64,000 nucleotides of DNA. Source: a virus. Of the stretch, positions 9,448 to 19,912 are shown one piece after another (the stretch's first letter is position 1; every line of letters starts with the position of its first letter). The position numbers and the translations under genes are program-made. A model generated the notes under the pieces. That model was not told where the DNA came from, made no database searches, and saw nothing but the letters and a program-made list of their open reading frames with translations. The stretch spans positions 22,001 through 86,000 of the IMG/VR virus record IMGVR_UViG_3300026478_000749. One strand, 5' to 3'.

Positions 9448-9767
9448 TGAATCAGTATTTCAATAGATATGATTACTTTTTAGAAGATGGGGAACATAAA
9501 ATTGTTCCAGGTATTGAAATACCTCAAAAGTCTACTGATAAGTTTTTTAATTATAAAAAGGGTAAAGATCGTTTAGATAAAATATCACAAGAATATTATG
9601 GAACCCCATTATTTAGCTGGTTAATTTTAATGGCTAACCCTAAATTAGGCTCTGTAGAGTTTGAGATACCAGATAACGCAATCGTTAGGGTACCTTTTCC
9701 TTTGATTAATTCTTTACAAGATTATAAAAAGGGCGTAGAATTGTATAGACTATATTATGGCGAATAA
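9447..9767 (+). CDS. LysM-like baseplate protein (T4 gp53 / P2 gpX-like)
   Basis: KKGKDRLDKISQEYYGTPLFSWLILMANP...IRVP-type motif; 106 aa; coupled to both neighbours. Confidence 0.8.
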   Translation: MNQYFNRYDYFLEDGEHKIVPGIEIPQKSTDKFFNYKKGKDRLDKISQEYYGTPLFSWLILMANPKLGSVEFEIPDNAIVRVPFPLINSLQDYKKGVELYRLYYGE

Positions 9768-12700
9768 TCAATTAAATCAGAATGAAAACATATTAGTATT
9801 AGTAGATCAACAAAACATAGTACATATTGATCCTAATACCGTTGTTTCTTCATCTGGAGATTTACAGCCAAGATTTGTAGATCACGAAAATTTAGTAATG
9901 TATGCTAATCTTGAAGCCGATTTGGTCCCAAGAAGTGTTTTATATTCTGAATCTCAAACAAATACTTTAACATCGGTTGCACAAGGTAAGTTTAACTTAC
10001 TTAGAAACTCAGACCCAAAAAATGAGTTTGAAAACAACTTTGATACAAACTGGACAGAAACATTTGTTTCAAATAACAATATAGCAACCAGTAGAACAAC
10101 TGGTGAAGGGGTACATTACGACCCAACCGCACAAACATTTGGTATTGATTCAATAAACATTACGGTTAAAGGGGCTAATAATATTCCTCAAGTCGGTATA
10201 AATTTTATTGATGTTAGAGGTAAAACATTATTTGACGCGCCAGACAACTCACCGTATAAAGCATTCTTTCACCAGCCATGGCCAATATTTTATTTAACAA
10301 TTAAAGGCTATTATGGTAAAGCAATAAGATACAGACTTCAATTGGTTGATTTTAAATCCAAATTCAATGGAAGTAATGGTAATTTTGAGATAGCAACAAA
10401 GTTTGTTGGCTCAAGCTATGCGTTTTTAAACGATATCCTTTTACAAAACATTATTAATGCACCGTTTATGTATATGGTTGAAAAACCAGAACCGTTTAGG
10501 GTAAATGAAAAAACAGGTTTTGTTGAAAAAAAGATATCTAAAACAACAAAAGGATATGCGATATTAAAATCTGTTTATAATGAATACATAGCAAAGGGTT
10601 ATATTGATAAAGATTTCCCAGTCAAAACTCTTAGAGATTTATTAATGACTGCAACTGCATTAGACACAATTATAGAGAAAGCTCTTTTTTCTGAAACAAT
10701 CGAACCCGATGTTTTAAGTGATGTAGCACAATATGATAAGTCTCTTGATAAATTTGAAAAAGCAATTATTTCTTGGGGTAATAGATACCTTTCAGCAGAC
10801 AATCCCCCTTATTCTCAAACTTTAAGATTTCCAGGGTCAAGTGTTGATACCACTGTAAATTATTATAGATTAAACAAACCAACAAACGATAGTAGTAAAG
10901 TTACAAGTGGTCCCCTTAATTTTGATATAGTTACAGGGACAACAACCAATAACTCATTAGCTTCTATTATTAAATTTTATACGGATGATCTTGAAAATAA
11001 TAAAGCATTTGGTAGCAAACCCAAAGCCAAATTACAAAATGGTATAGAGACGCAAACAATATCCTTAGACACCGTAAAAAATATTAAAGACTTTTATGAA
11101 ATAAAAGACAGTCAAATACTTGTGTCAAATGAAAAATTAGTAAACTATATAAAATCAATACAAGCTACATTCATTAAGAAAAGAGATGCGGTTGAAAATG
11201 AAGTTGAAAACAAAATGAATGTAGTGATTCAAGACAAAAAAGTTGGCTTTGGTTTCAAGCCTACTATTAGAAATATTTTTGCTGTTATTTTAGCAAACGC
11301 AGATACGTACATTAGATTAATGAAAGATGTACATAACAAATCAATACAAAAATCTGATTTAAGAAAAAAAGAATTATCTGGGTACACATCAAATGATAAA
11401 AATGAAATTGTTTATCCTTGGCCAGAAGTTAAAAAGAATGGTCGAGATGATAAACCAACATTTTTTTATCCCGCTGATCCAGAAATAATAGGATTAACTA
11501 AAGGTAATAATTACAATATCTGGCCAGAGGTTGAATTTGTTGAAACATATAATAGTGTTGCTGTTAAAAGAGTCGATACTGGAACTGGTAAAGAAGTAAG
11601 CCCTGGAGAAATTACTTTTGTATTTGATGATGATAAAGAAACAAGAGAAACATTTAATGTTAGTTCATTATTAAAAATTGCGGTGCCATCACCATACATA
11701 GATAAATCTTTATCAAATATTCTTTACGAAATTTACGAGAGAGCTCAATTAATCACATCTTTAGAGAGTTTTGACTATGGAAAAGGTTTAGACGAAATTG
11801 TTGAAAATGAGTTTAAAAATATTAGTGGGGCAACACAAGGTGATCTTGAAATAAGAGCATTGCTTAGCACAAGAATTAAAAGCATAACAGATTTAACAAA
11901 CAATCTTGAAAAATTCGCAGAAAAGGAAAGATTTCCATATTTCCAAGATGGTCTAACAACAGTAGAATATATTAGAGGGTTACTTGATAGTGATTTTAAA
12001 ATTGAACACTATACTAAGTCTGTTCAAGAAAGTGGCACCAAAAGTAATGAATTTGAGAAGTTACAGTCCGCTTTAGATTCGTTTGTTATTCCAGAATATA
12101 GAACAAAAGAATTTCCTTTTAATTCTGAACTATACGGCTCATATGTTGCAAGTAATTTATTGAGTAACACTTTTGGTGTTGGTTCATCTATCGGTTATAA
12201 AGGTATCTTTAAAGTTAATGAAAATTCTAATTTCATTAGTTCGCCAATTAATCCAAAAGCTTGGGTAAATTCAAGTTACCATAAGAATATGTTTTCTAGT
12301 CAAATAAAGTATGATAACTTTACAAGAAATCTATTAAACACACCATATTTTCATAAGCAGCTATATGATGACTTTATGAAAGGTGGTGTTGAAGGTAGAT
12401 ATGTTGGATCGGCTTATATTTTATTAAATTCTTTACCATATAAAGACCTAGATGATGTTTTAGATTTTGATGGTAAAAAGACATTCATGTTTGCTTTACT
12501 TAAAGAAGTTGGCGCAACACATTACATACCACACCATTTAATCTTAAGATGGGGGGCACAATACCATAGATATAAAAAATATCTTACTGATGGTATTGAT
12601 ATTATAAGTGGGATTACAATTCCTATTAATGCCGCAACATTTTTTGATAATGCAACTAACGCTTCATTTAACTTATCTGGAAACACAACACCAGATCAAA

Positions 12701-15573
12701 CTGGAATGACCAGCACAATAACTGGGGCGACTTATAATAGTAATAGCTACGTGGGATTATATCCATTTTACCATGGTATATATTCTCAGATTGTTAATGG
12801 GTATAGTTTTTATAATCCATCTGGTTTTACAAAAACAAGTGCTAACGCTTCCAATGCCGCAAACCAATATTCTGCTGCAGTAGCATCAGGAATGACCAAG
12901 TTTGTTATTTCAAAACCAACATCAACATCTGGTTATACCTTTACGTGCTTAGTTGATAATTCTATATTTTCTCCTGACGATGTTCGTTATACCGTTTTAC
13001 CTTCATTTAATGGAGGTCAAATAAATGACTTAATCAATAACTTTAACACACTAACACAAGATTCATTTAGACTTATTTATGACTCAAATAATCTAAATAA
13101 TAACCCATCATATAGCACAGCATATTTCCCAACGTATGGCGAAAGATTTGAAAATATTTCTGGCGAATACACATTAAACGGTAACAAAAAACGTGTAATG
13201 GATTTAATTGCGGTCTTTAGTCCTGAAATATTAGACGAGTTTGAAAAAATGTTTATTGATTTTGCGTCATTAGATCTTGACTTAGATACAGTAAAAAAAG
13301 AAATTGACTATAGTTCTTTCCAAAGCTTTTTAAAAGAAATTACCAGTATATCTAAAAATGGTATTAATTTTAATTCTAGTGGTTACGAAGTAAAGATAAA
13401 AGAAAACCAAACAAAAAAGTTAGAAGATTTAACCAATCAACTATTAGATAATAAAGCTTTGGATATTTTAACAATTGGTAATCCTAGACAAATTGATGAC
13501 TATGTAATTCGTGGATATATTGGAAGATCAAAGACATATCGTCTAAATGAATATAATGCTTCTCAGTTAACCCCACAAAACCAAAAATTAATTGAATTAT
13601 ATATTGGCCAAAATATCACAGGTGCAACATATAGTGGCATTAGTTCTAATCTATACCATCACTTTTTTCAAATAAGCGATATTGAGGTTACACCTGAAAA
13701 TATATATGCACATAGAGAGTTAGCAAGAATTTATGCTGGATGGGTTAAAGATCAAATTGTAAACACTCCAGGATTTTCGCCAAACTACACAAATTTTAAA
13801 ACCTATATAGAATCTAGCATATTCCGTCCACAGGTAAACAGATTAAATGATTTTTTAAATAATCTTACCAGAAAATTTTCAGCTTTAAAAGAAGAGCCGA
13901 TTGAAGGAAGAGTCACAATATATCATGGTTTTAACGAAACAAAAACAACATTACTAGACTTATATCAATTTTTTAAATCTTTTAATGATAAATGGATTTC
14001 TGGTAACGCTATTGGGCAAAGGAGCCTTATGGAAGAATTTTTATTTTTAGATAGAGCTAATAGAGACATTGGGAATGAGGCATACATAAGCCTCGAACGT
14101 TTGATTTCTTTAGCGGACGAAAAAAATATTAAAATAGATTTATATAGTGCAGTTTCATTGTTAATTCAAGGTACAAACTTTGACTTAAGACCGTTACCGG
14201 CATATGTGAATTTCTATGGAACTAATTCAACCAATAAGAAAAAAATACTACCTTCTAAAAGTATTGCTCGTACATTATTTGGAACTCACTTAGATGTGGA
14301 CTACCAAGAATCATCACCAAAAATTATACTTCAGTATATTAACAAGACGTCTCAATATCTAGATATGTCTAAAGTTAGTAAAGAATATAAATTTAAAAAT
14401 GATGGGTTTGATATTAAAAATCCAAACAACAATCCGTTATTGATTGAGCCCAAAATATTCATGGATACTGATTTATCAAAATCAAATAGAGTGGTTTCAT
14501 TTGAGATAAATTTTGGAGATCAAGCACAAAATATATTTAAAAATATTTCTCTTGACCAAAGCACATACAAGAATACAACAGAAAGCGCTTTAGCACAAGA
14601 AAGGCTAGCAAGGTCACAAGGTGGAGGAGGTAGTCATTCTGTTGATATAGGTTTATTTGATATTTACAAAACTGCTTCTTATCAATGTAGTGTTACCTGT
14701 ATGGGTAATGCTATGATACAGCCAACAATGTATTTTTATTTGGCTAATGTCCCAATGTTTACAGGGACTTATTTGGTTTTTGATGTGAGCCACGCAATCA
14801 AACAGGGGACGTTTGAAACAACATTTACAGGTGTTAGAATTTCTAATAGTTCACTACCGTCATTAGAAAGTACATTTATGTCTAGTTATAGACCTTTGTT
14901 TAGTAGAATACTTTCAGCAGCGGTTAAGAAAAAACAACAAACAGCTCAAGCTCAAACAACTGCTAAATCAATTACAACTGCAGATAATAAAACCTTTACA
15001 ATTGATCCCGGCGCCCCAGCAAGAGGAGAAGATTTAAATAATATCAATAAAGCGTCAGGTTTTATATTTGGCGATTTAATCCCATATAATGGTCAATTGA
15101 TAAATGGTAAACCAGAGCAGTATATTCAATCTATTAATTACAAGAACGAAAATTGGTTAAGAGCGAGGGTTTGCGTTCTTGGTTCAGGTAAGTATACACC
15201 AATTAAAAACGGATCTCCAGCAGAATTATCTTTAGTTAGTGGGTGGAAAGCATATCCTAATAAACTTGTTAAGTTAGCAGATATCGGTGCGTTGTATGAA
15301 TATTATTCTATAAGAGCAAATGTAACAAACGCAAATAAAGAAATTCTTTTTGATTGGGATACTGTTTTCTATGTTCCTAAGTCGGACACTACATATACAC
15401 TTGAAACAAACGTTAATCCAAATGACGGTAGATTTGATGGCCCAGTTCATAGCGGTCCAAGTATAGATGACCCCACATATGCTCAATATGGGGTTGCTCT
15501 TAGCCCTAGTTTAATGAGAAAATTAAGACTGGTTGAGGGAGATGTTTTATATTTAAGACACGTAAGGAAATAA
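9757..15573 (+). CDS. Giant baseplate hub protein (gp27/gpD-like C-terminal region)
   Basis: 1938 aa. Hub-like motif CSVTCMGNAMIQPTMYFYL..VPMFTGTYLVFDVSHAI..GTFETTFTGVR; follows the LysM-like gene. Confidence 0.6.
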   Translation: MANNQLNQNENILVLVDQQNIVHIDPNTVVSSSGDLQPRFVDHENLVMYANLEADLVPRSVLYSESQTNTLTSVAQGKFNLLRNSDPKNEFENNFDTNWTETFVSNNNIATSRTTGEGVHYDPTAQTFGIDSINITVKGANNIPQVGINFIDVRGKTLFDAPDNSPYKAFFHQPWPIFYLTIKGYYGKAIRYRLQLVDFKSKFNGSNGNFEIATKFVGSSYAFLNDILLQNIINAPFMYMVEKPEPFRVNEKTGFVEKKISKTTKGYAILKSVYNEYIAKGYIDKDFPVKTLRDLLMTATALDTIIEKALFSETIEPDVLSDVAQYDKSLDKFEKAIISWGNRYLSADNPPYSQTLRFPGSSVDTTVNYYRLNKPTNDSSKVTSGPLNFDIVTGTTTNNSLASIIKFYTDDLENNKAFGSKPKAKLQNGIETQTISLDTVKNIKDFYEIKDSQILVSNEKLVNYIKSIQATFIKKRDAVENEVENKMNVVIQDKKVGFGFKPTIRNIFAVILANADTYIRLMKDVHNKSIQKSDLRKKELSGYTSNDKNEIVYPWPEVKKNGRDDKPTFFYPADPEIIGLTKGNNYNIWPEVEFVETYNSVAVKRVDTGTGKEVSPGEITFVFDDDKETRETFNVSSLLKIAVPSPYIDKSLSNILYEIYERAQLITSLESFDYGKGLDEIVENEFKNISGATQGDLEIRALLSTRIKSITDLTNNLEKFAEKERFPYFQDGLTTVEYIRGLLDSDFKIEHYTKSVQESGTKSNEFEKLQSALDSFVIPEYRTKEFPFNSELYGSYVASNLLSNTFGVGSSIGYKGIFKVNENSNFISSPINPKAWVNSSYHKNMFSSQIKYDNFTRNLLNTPYFHKQLYDDFMKGGVEGRYVGSAYILLNSLPYKDLDDVLDFDGKKTFMFALLKEVGATHYIPHHLILRWGAQYHRYKKYLTDGIDIISGITIPINAATFFDNATNASFNLSGNTTPDQTGMTSTITGATYNSNSYVGLYPFYHGIYSQIVNGYSFYNPSGFTKTSANASNAANQYSAAVASGMTKFVISKPTSTSGYTFTCLVDNSIFSPDDVRYTVLPSFNGGQINDLINNFNTLTQDSFRLIYDSNNLNNNPSYSTAYFPTYGERFENISGEYTLNGNKKRVMDLIAVFSPEILDEFEKMFIDFASLDLDLDTVKKEIDYSSFQSFLKEITSISKNGINFNSSGYEVKIKENQTKKLEDLTNQLLDNKALDILTIGNPRQIDDYVIRGYIGRSKTYRLNEYNASQLTPQNQKLIELYIGQNITGATYSGISSNLYHHFFQISDIEVTPENIYAHRELARIYAGWVKDQIVNTPGFSPNYTNFKTYIESSIFRPQVNRLNDFLNNLTRKFSALKEEPIEGRVTIYHGFNETKTTLLDLYQFFKSFNDKWISGNAIGQRSLMEEFLFLDRANRDIGNEAYISLERLISLADEKNIKIDLYSAVSLLIQGTNFDLRPLPAYVNFYGTNSTNKKKILPSKSIARTLFGTHLDVDYQESSPKIILQYINKTSQYLDMSKVSKEYKFKNDGFDIKNPNNNPLLIEPKIFMDTDLSKSNRVVSFEINFGDQAQNIFKNISLDQSTYKNTTESALAQERLARSQGGGGSHSVDIGLFDIYKTASYQCSVTCMGNAMIQPTMYFYLANVPMFTGTYLVFDVSHAIKQGTFETTFTGVRISNSSLPSLESTFMSSYRPLFSRILSAAVKKKQQTAQAQTTAKSITTADNKTFTIDPGAPARGEDLNNINKASGFIFGDLIPYNGQLINGKPEQYIQSINYKNENWLRARVCVLGSGKYTPIKNGSPAELSLVSGWKAYPNKLVKLADIGALYEYYSIRANVTNANKEILFDWDTVFYVPKSDTTYTLETNVNPNDGRFDGPVHSGPSIDDPTYAQYGVALSPSLMRKLRLVEGDVLYLRHVRK

Positions 15574-15625
15574 ATCCCGAAAAAACATAAAGATTGTAGT
15601 ATTTATATGTATACATTTTAACACT

Positions 15626-15823
15626 ATGGAAAAGTTAAATAACGCGGTCAATCAGTTTTTAAACCCAAAGGTTACTAAAGCTGTTTCTAATGACCAAATG
15701 GAAAGAGAAGAATGCGATTTGCAGACTGGTGAATGTTATGTCATCAGATCTAAAGATGGTATTGTTGAAAGAATAAATAAAAAATACATTACCGAAGACG
15801 GTAGACAATTATTACAAGACTAA
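15626..15823 (+). CDS. Hypothetical protein (65 aa)
   Basis: Clean ORF preceded by TATTTATA at 15600; contains CDLQTGEC and a C-terminal ITEDGRQLLQD. Confidence 0.7.
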   Translation: MEKLNNAVNQFLNPKVTKAVSNDQMEREECDLQTGECYVIRSKDGIVERINKKYITEDGRQLLQD

Positions 15824-15827
15824 AACT

Positions 15828-16469
15828 ATGTTAGAACAAAAGCTTTTACAAGAGGTAAATAGATTTAGAGAAATCAATAGAAATGCAACAAAGCATTATA
15901 TTATAAAAGAACAGGCTGAGCCTGCAGCTTTACCTCCAGCAGATGCTCCAGCAGCACCGGATGCTTCAGCTGCACCAGAAATGCCAACCCCAGATGCGGC
16001 CGTTCCAGCTGCACCAGGATTACCCGATAGCCCAGCTATGGGTGAAACAGAAGAGGTGGACGTTACGGATTTGGTTAATATGACCAAAAATATTAAAAAC
16101 GAGCTAGAGACCTCAAAAATGGAAAACGATAGCGTTATCCAGAAAATGGATACTGTGTTCAGCAAATTAGACGACTTAGAGTCTAAATTAAGCAATATGG
16201 ATGCTATCATATCTAAGATTGATCAATTGGGTGCTAGAGTTGAAGAAATGAAGCCACAAACCCCACAAGAGAAATTAGAAATGCGTTCATTGGATTCTTA
16301 TCCATTTAATGAAAAACCACAAGAGTTTTTTGCTCATAAACAAGATGAAATGAGAGCTAGCGGTAAAAATGAATATGTTTTAACAAAAAATGAAATTGAG
16401 AACTATTCAAAAGAAGAACTAGCTGGAAGCTTTAACCCTTATCAAGATGAACAACAACCTAAGTTCTAA
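15828..16469 (+). CDS. Hypothetical acidic coiled-coil protein, possibly head-associated
   Basis: 213 aa with an N-terminal LLQEVNRFREI helix, a Pro/Ala linker and a coiled coil. Confidence 0.6.
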   Translation: MLEQKLLQEVNRFREINRNATKHYIIKEQAEPAALPPADAPAAPDASAAPEMPTPDAAVPAAPGLPDSPAMGETEEVDVTDLVNMTKNIKNELETSKMENDSVIQKMDTVFSKLDDLESKLSNMDAIISKIDQLGARVEEMKPQTPQEKLEMRSLDSYPFNEKPQEFFAHKQDEMRASGKNEYVLTKNEIENYSKEELAGSFNPYQDEQQPKF

Positions 16470-16827
16470 TGTAAATTTCTTTTTAGGACTACAAAATCAG
16501 TTTAAAATATTACACTGGCAAACTAAAGGTTATGCTAGACATAAAGCATTTGGTGAAATTTATGAAACTTTAGATAGTCTTATTGATGAATATGTTGAAA
16601 TTTGTATGGGAAAACATGGTAGATTTATATTAGATAATTCTTCAAACACAATTCAAATGACCAACCTAGCTGATCTCAATATAGTTGAATTTTTACAAAC
16701 TGCAAAAAATAGACTTATAGGTTTTAGCGGTGAATTATCACAAGAAAGAGATACCGATCTTTTAAACCTTAGAGACGAAATGTTAGGTTCATTGAATAAA
16801 TTAGCCTACCTACTCACCCTAGAATAA
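16447..16827 (+). CDS. Dps/ferritin-like four-helix protein (DUF5856-like)
   Basis: Dps-type motif HWQTKGYARHKAFGEIYETLDSLIDEYVE and C-terminal DLLNLRDEMLGSLNKLAYLL. Confidence 0.75.
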   Translation: MNNNLSSNVNFFLGLQNQFKILHWQTKGYARHKAFGEIYETLDSLIDEYVEICMGKHGRFILDNSSNTIQMTNLADLNIVEFLQTAKNRLIGFSGELSQERDTDLLNLRDEMLGSLNKLAYLLTLE

Positions 16828-16854
16828 TTTTTAGGTATTTTTTAAAATATTTTT

Positions 16855-16883
16855 AGCCCAGATTTTGTAATCTGGGTTTTTTT
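16855..16883 (+). terminator. Rho-independent terminator
   Basis: AGCCCAGATT-ttgt-AATCTGGGTT followed by a T-run; marks the boundary between the late and replication blocks. Confidence 0.8.
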
Positions 16884-16921
16884 GTTTATATTTTACTATT
16901 GTCAATTTAAAAACAAATAAT

Positions 16922-17770
16922 ATGAGTACAGTAGATGCAGTACTAGCACAGTACGAAAAAAGCAAACAATCCGCAAGCGGAAACAACAACAGAGTATCTA
17001 GCGAAGAAAGACTTAAAAGGTATTTTACAACAGTATTACCTAAAGGCTCTAAAGGGGAAGAACGCAGAATCAGAATTCTCCCTACAGCAGACGGAACTTC
17101 TCCATTTAAAGAAGCTTATTTCCATGAAATTCAAGTAGATGGAAAATGGGTTAAATTATATGACCCAAAACAAGACGGTAAGCGTTCTCCATTAAATGAG
17201 GTGTATCAGAGTTTAATGAATACTGGTGTTGAATCAGATAAAGAATATGCTCGTCAATATCGTTCTAAGAAGTTCTATATTGTAAAAGTTATCGATCGCG
17301 ATAATGAGCAAGACGGACCAAAGTTTTGGAGATTTAAACACAATTCAAAGCAAGACGGTATTCTAGATAAAATTTTCCCATTATTCCAAAAGAAGGGAGA
17401 TATTACAGATCTACAAACAGGTAGAGATTTAACTTTGTTCTTAACATTAACAAAATCTGGTAATGGTAAAGAATACACAACAATTAACTCTATCATTCCA
17501 GAAGATCCATCACCACTTCACTCAGATGATACGGTGGCAAAAGGTTGGGTTAATGATGAGTTAACTTGGTCTGATGTTTATTCTAAAAAACCAGAAGAAT
17601 ATTTAGAGATGGTTGCAAAAGGTGAAACACCTACTTGGGATTCAGAAGGTAAAAAATGGGTTTCAGGTGCAAGTGGAGAAGATGTGATTGTTGGTAAAAA
17701 ACAAACAGTTTCTACACCAATTGAAGATCCACAAGAAGATGAAGATGCAGATGAAAATCTGCCATTCTAA
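16922..17770 (+). CDS. Single-stranded DNA-binding protein (T4 gp32-like)
   Basis: RRIRILP, FHEIQVDGKW, KFYIVKVIDRD..DGPKFWRF, DITD..TGRDL, and an acidic tail ending EDEDADENLPF. Confidence 0.8.
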   Translation: MSTVDAVLAQYEKSKQSASGNNNRVSSEERLKRYFTTVLPKGSKGEERRIRILPTADGTSPFKEAYFHEIQVDGKWVKLYDPKQDGKRSPLNEVYQSLMNTGVESDKEYARQYRSKKFYIVKVIDRDNEQDGPKFWRFKHNSKQDGILDKIFPLFQKKGDITDLQTGRDLTLFLTLTKSGNGKEYTTINSIIPEDPSPLHSDDTVAKGWVNDELTWSDVYSKKPEEYLEMVAKGETPTWDSEGKKWVSGASGEDVIVGKKQTVSTPIEDPQEDEDADENLPF

Positions 17771-17821
17771 CCCAACGGGCCGGAGATAACGTCAATGGCC
17801 CATTTTTAAAAAATTATTATT

Positions 17822-18853
17822 ATGGCTATAAAAAAACAAAACTTCTCGATTTCACAACTTGCTTCTAAGTATTCAAGTAAAACAACATATAAACCAGATC
17901 GTTTTTTGGATCTTGGCGACGCATTCTTGGATGCGACCGGTCTACCAGGCCCAGCATTAGGTCATATTAATATGTTTCTAGGTCACTCAGATACAGGTAA
18001 AACAACAGCATTACTTGGAGCAGCTGCAGACGGTATTAAAAAAGGTATGTTACCGATTTTCATAATTACGGAGCAGAAGTTTGATTTTGATCATGCTGCA
18101 ATTATGGGTATTCCTGTAACAAAAGATGTCGATCAATCAACAGGTGAAGTAACATATTCTGGTGATTTCATTTTCAGAAACGATTTTGAATATATTGAGC
18201 AGATTACAGATTTTATCAACGAGATGCTTGATTTACAGGAAAAAGGTGAATTACCATATGACTTGTTATTTCTATGGGATTCTGTTGGATCTGTACCATG
18301 TAAGATGACATGGGAAGGTAAAGGCGGAAAGCAACATAATGCGTCTGTTTTATCTGATAAGATTGGTATGGGTATCAACCAAAGAATATCTGGCTCTAGA
18401 AGAGCAGATAAGGCTCATACAAACACTTTGATTATCGTTAACCAACCTTGGGTTGAACTTCCTGATAATCCATTTGGTCAGCCTAAAATCAAAGCTAAGG
18501 GTGGCGAATCTATTTGGTTGAATTCAACATTAGTATTCAGATTTGGTAACGAGAAAAATGCCGGTACAACAAAAATTTCTATCACTAAAAACAAGAGAAC
18601 TGTAACTGTTGCAACAAGAAGCAAAATTACGGTTATGAAAAACCACGTAAATGGTATTCAATTTGGTGATGGTAAAATTATGGTAACACCTCATGGATTT
18701 ATGAGAGCAAAAGAAGCGGCAGAGGAGAAAAAATCTAGAGAGGATTATGTAAAGGACAACTTAGATTATATCAGTTCATTATTCGACGAAAAAGTTGATA
18801 ATGTTGAAGAGCTTAAGTTTGAGCCAATCCCAGAAGAAGAGAACGAAGATTGA
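17822..18853 (+). CDS. recA: RecA/UvsX-like recombinase
   Basis: Walker A GHSDTGKT, Walker B LLFLWDSVG, IIVNQ, KAKGGES and KITVMKNH motifs. Confidence 0.85.
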   Translation: MAIKKQNFSISQLASKYSSKTTYKPDRFLDLGDAFLDATGLPGPALGHINMFLGHSDTGKTTALLGAAADGIKKGMLPIFIITEQKFDFDHAAIMGIPVTKDVDQSTGEVTYSGDFIFRNDFEYIEQITDFINEMLDLQEKGELPYDLLFLWDSVGSVPCKMTWEGKGGKQHNASVLSDKIGMGINQRISGSRRADKAHTNTLIIVNQPWVELPDNPFGQPKIKAKGGESIWLNSTLVFRFGNEKNAGTTKISITKNKRTVTVATRSKITVMKNHVNGIQFGDGKIMVTPHGFMRAKEAAEEKKSREDYVKDNLDYISSLFDEKVDNVEELKFEPIPEEENED

Positions 18854-18880
18854 TTGTTTAACTATTAAAGACTAGACTAA

Positions 18881-19900
18881 ATGTCTAATACATTATTGGT
18901 TGATGGAGATAATCTATTAACCATTGGTTTCTACGGTTTAAAAAACCATTTTTATAAAGGTCAACATATAGGTGGATTGTTTCACTTTATTGACACGCTC
19001 AGAAGATCATTTGAGAATTATCAATTAGATAAGATCTGTGTATTCTGGGATGGTAAAGATGGTCATATATCTAGAAAGAAAATATATCATCACTACAAAG
19101 AGAACAGAAAGTCGAGAACAAGGACTGAAGAAGAAGTCTTCTCATACCAAAGGCAAAGATCTAGGATTAAACAATACTTGGAAGAACTTTATGTTAGACA
19201 AGGTGAATTCGAGTATTGTGAGTCCGATGATTGTATCGCCTACTACACACAAAATTCTCCTAAAGAGAAAAAGATAATCTATTCATCTGATAGGGACTTA
19301 GCACAGCTCGTAAATGAGAATGTTACACTCTATAACCCATCACACAGAAAGGTATACAAGAAGAATGACATAATTGATTATGATCATGAGAATATCTTGA
19401 TCGAAAATGTCAAACTAGTTAAAATCTTATGCGGTGATCCTTCTGATAATATCTTTGGGATTAAAAATATGGGCATCAAAAGATTAATCTCACTTTTCCC
19501 CGATATAAAGGAAAAGGAAATCACTCTAAGTGAGGCGAGAGAAAGGGGTAATCTTTTATTTTCCGAAGACAAAGAGAATAAATTGGTACAGAACTTTTTA
19601 ACTGGGGTCACTAAGCTCGGCGTTTTTGGTGACGAATTTTTTGATATAAACAATAAAATGGTTTGCTTGGATGAACCAATTTTAACTGAAGAAGCCAAAG
19701 AAGGTGTTAATTCTTTAATAAAAGAAAATCTTGATACTGAAGGTCGATCCTATAAAAACACTATGAAAATGATGATGGAAGATGGTATTTTCACTGTTTT
19801 GCCAAAGAGTGATGATGCGTGGATAAAATTTCTAAATCCTTTTCTAAGATTAACTACTAAAGAAAAAAATAAACATACAATTAAATTTAAAATTAAATAA
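18881..19900 (+). CDS. 5'-3' exonuclease / RNase H (T4 rnh or PolA 5'-nuclease family)
   Basis: LLVDGDN, VFWDG, YKENR, ESDDCIA, SSDRDLAQL, and the H3TH motif GDPSDNIFGIKNMGIK. Confidence 0.9.
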   Translation: MSNTLLVDGDNLLTIGFYGLKNHFYKGQHIGGLFHFIDTLRRSFENYQLDKICVFWDGKDGHISRKKIYHHYKENRKSRTRTEEEVFSYQRQRSRIKQYLEELYVRQGEFEYCESDDCIAYYTQNSPKEKKIIYSSDRDLAQLVNENVTLYNPSHRKVYKKNDIIDYDHENILIENVKLVKILCGDPSDNIFGIKNMGIKRLISLFPDIKEKEITLSEARERGNLLFSEDKENKLVQNFLTGVTKLGVFGDEFFDINNKMVCLDEPILTEEAKEGVNSLIKENLDTEGRSYKNTMKMMMEDGIFTVLPKSDDAWIKFLNPFLRLTTKEKNKHTIKFKIK

Positions 19901-19912
19901 AAACTAAGACTT

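Noticed and set aside
17777-17807. Terminator between the SSB and recombinase genes (GGGCC/GGCCC)
   Set aside because: A short stem with a ~15-nt loop is too weak to call; at most an attenuator or processing hairpin.
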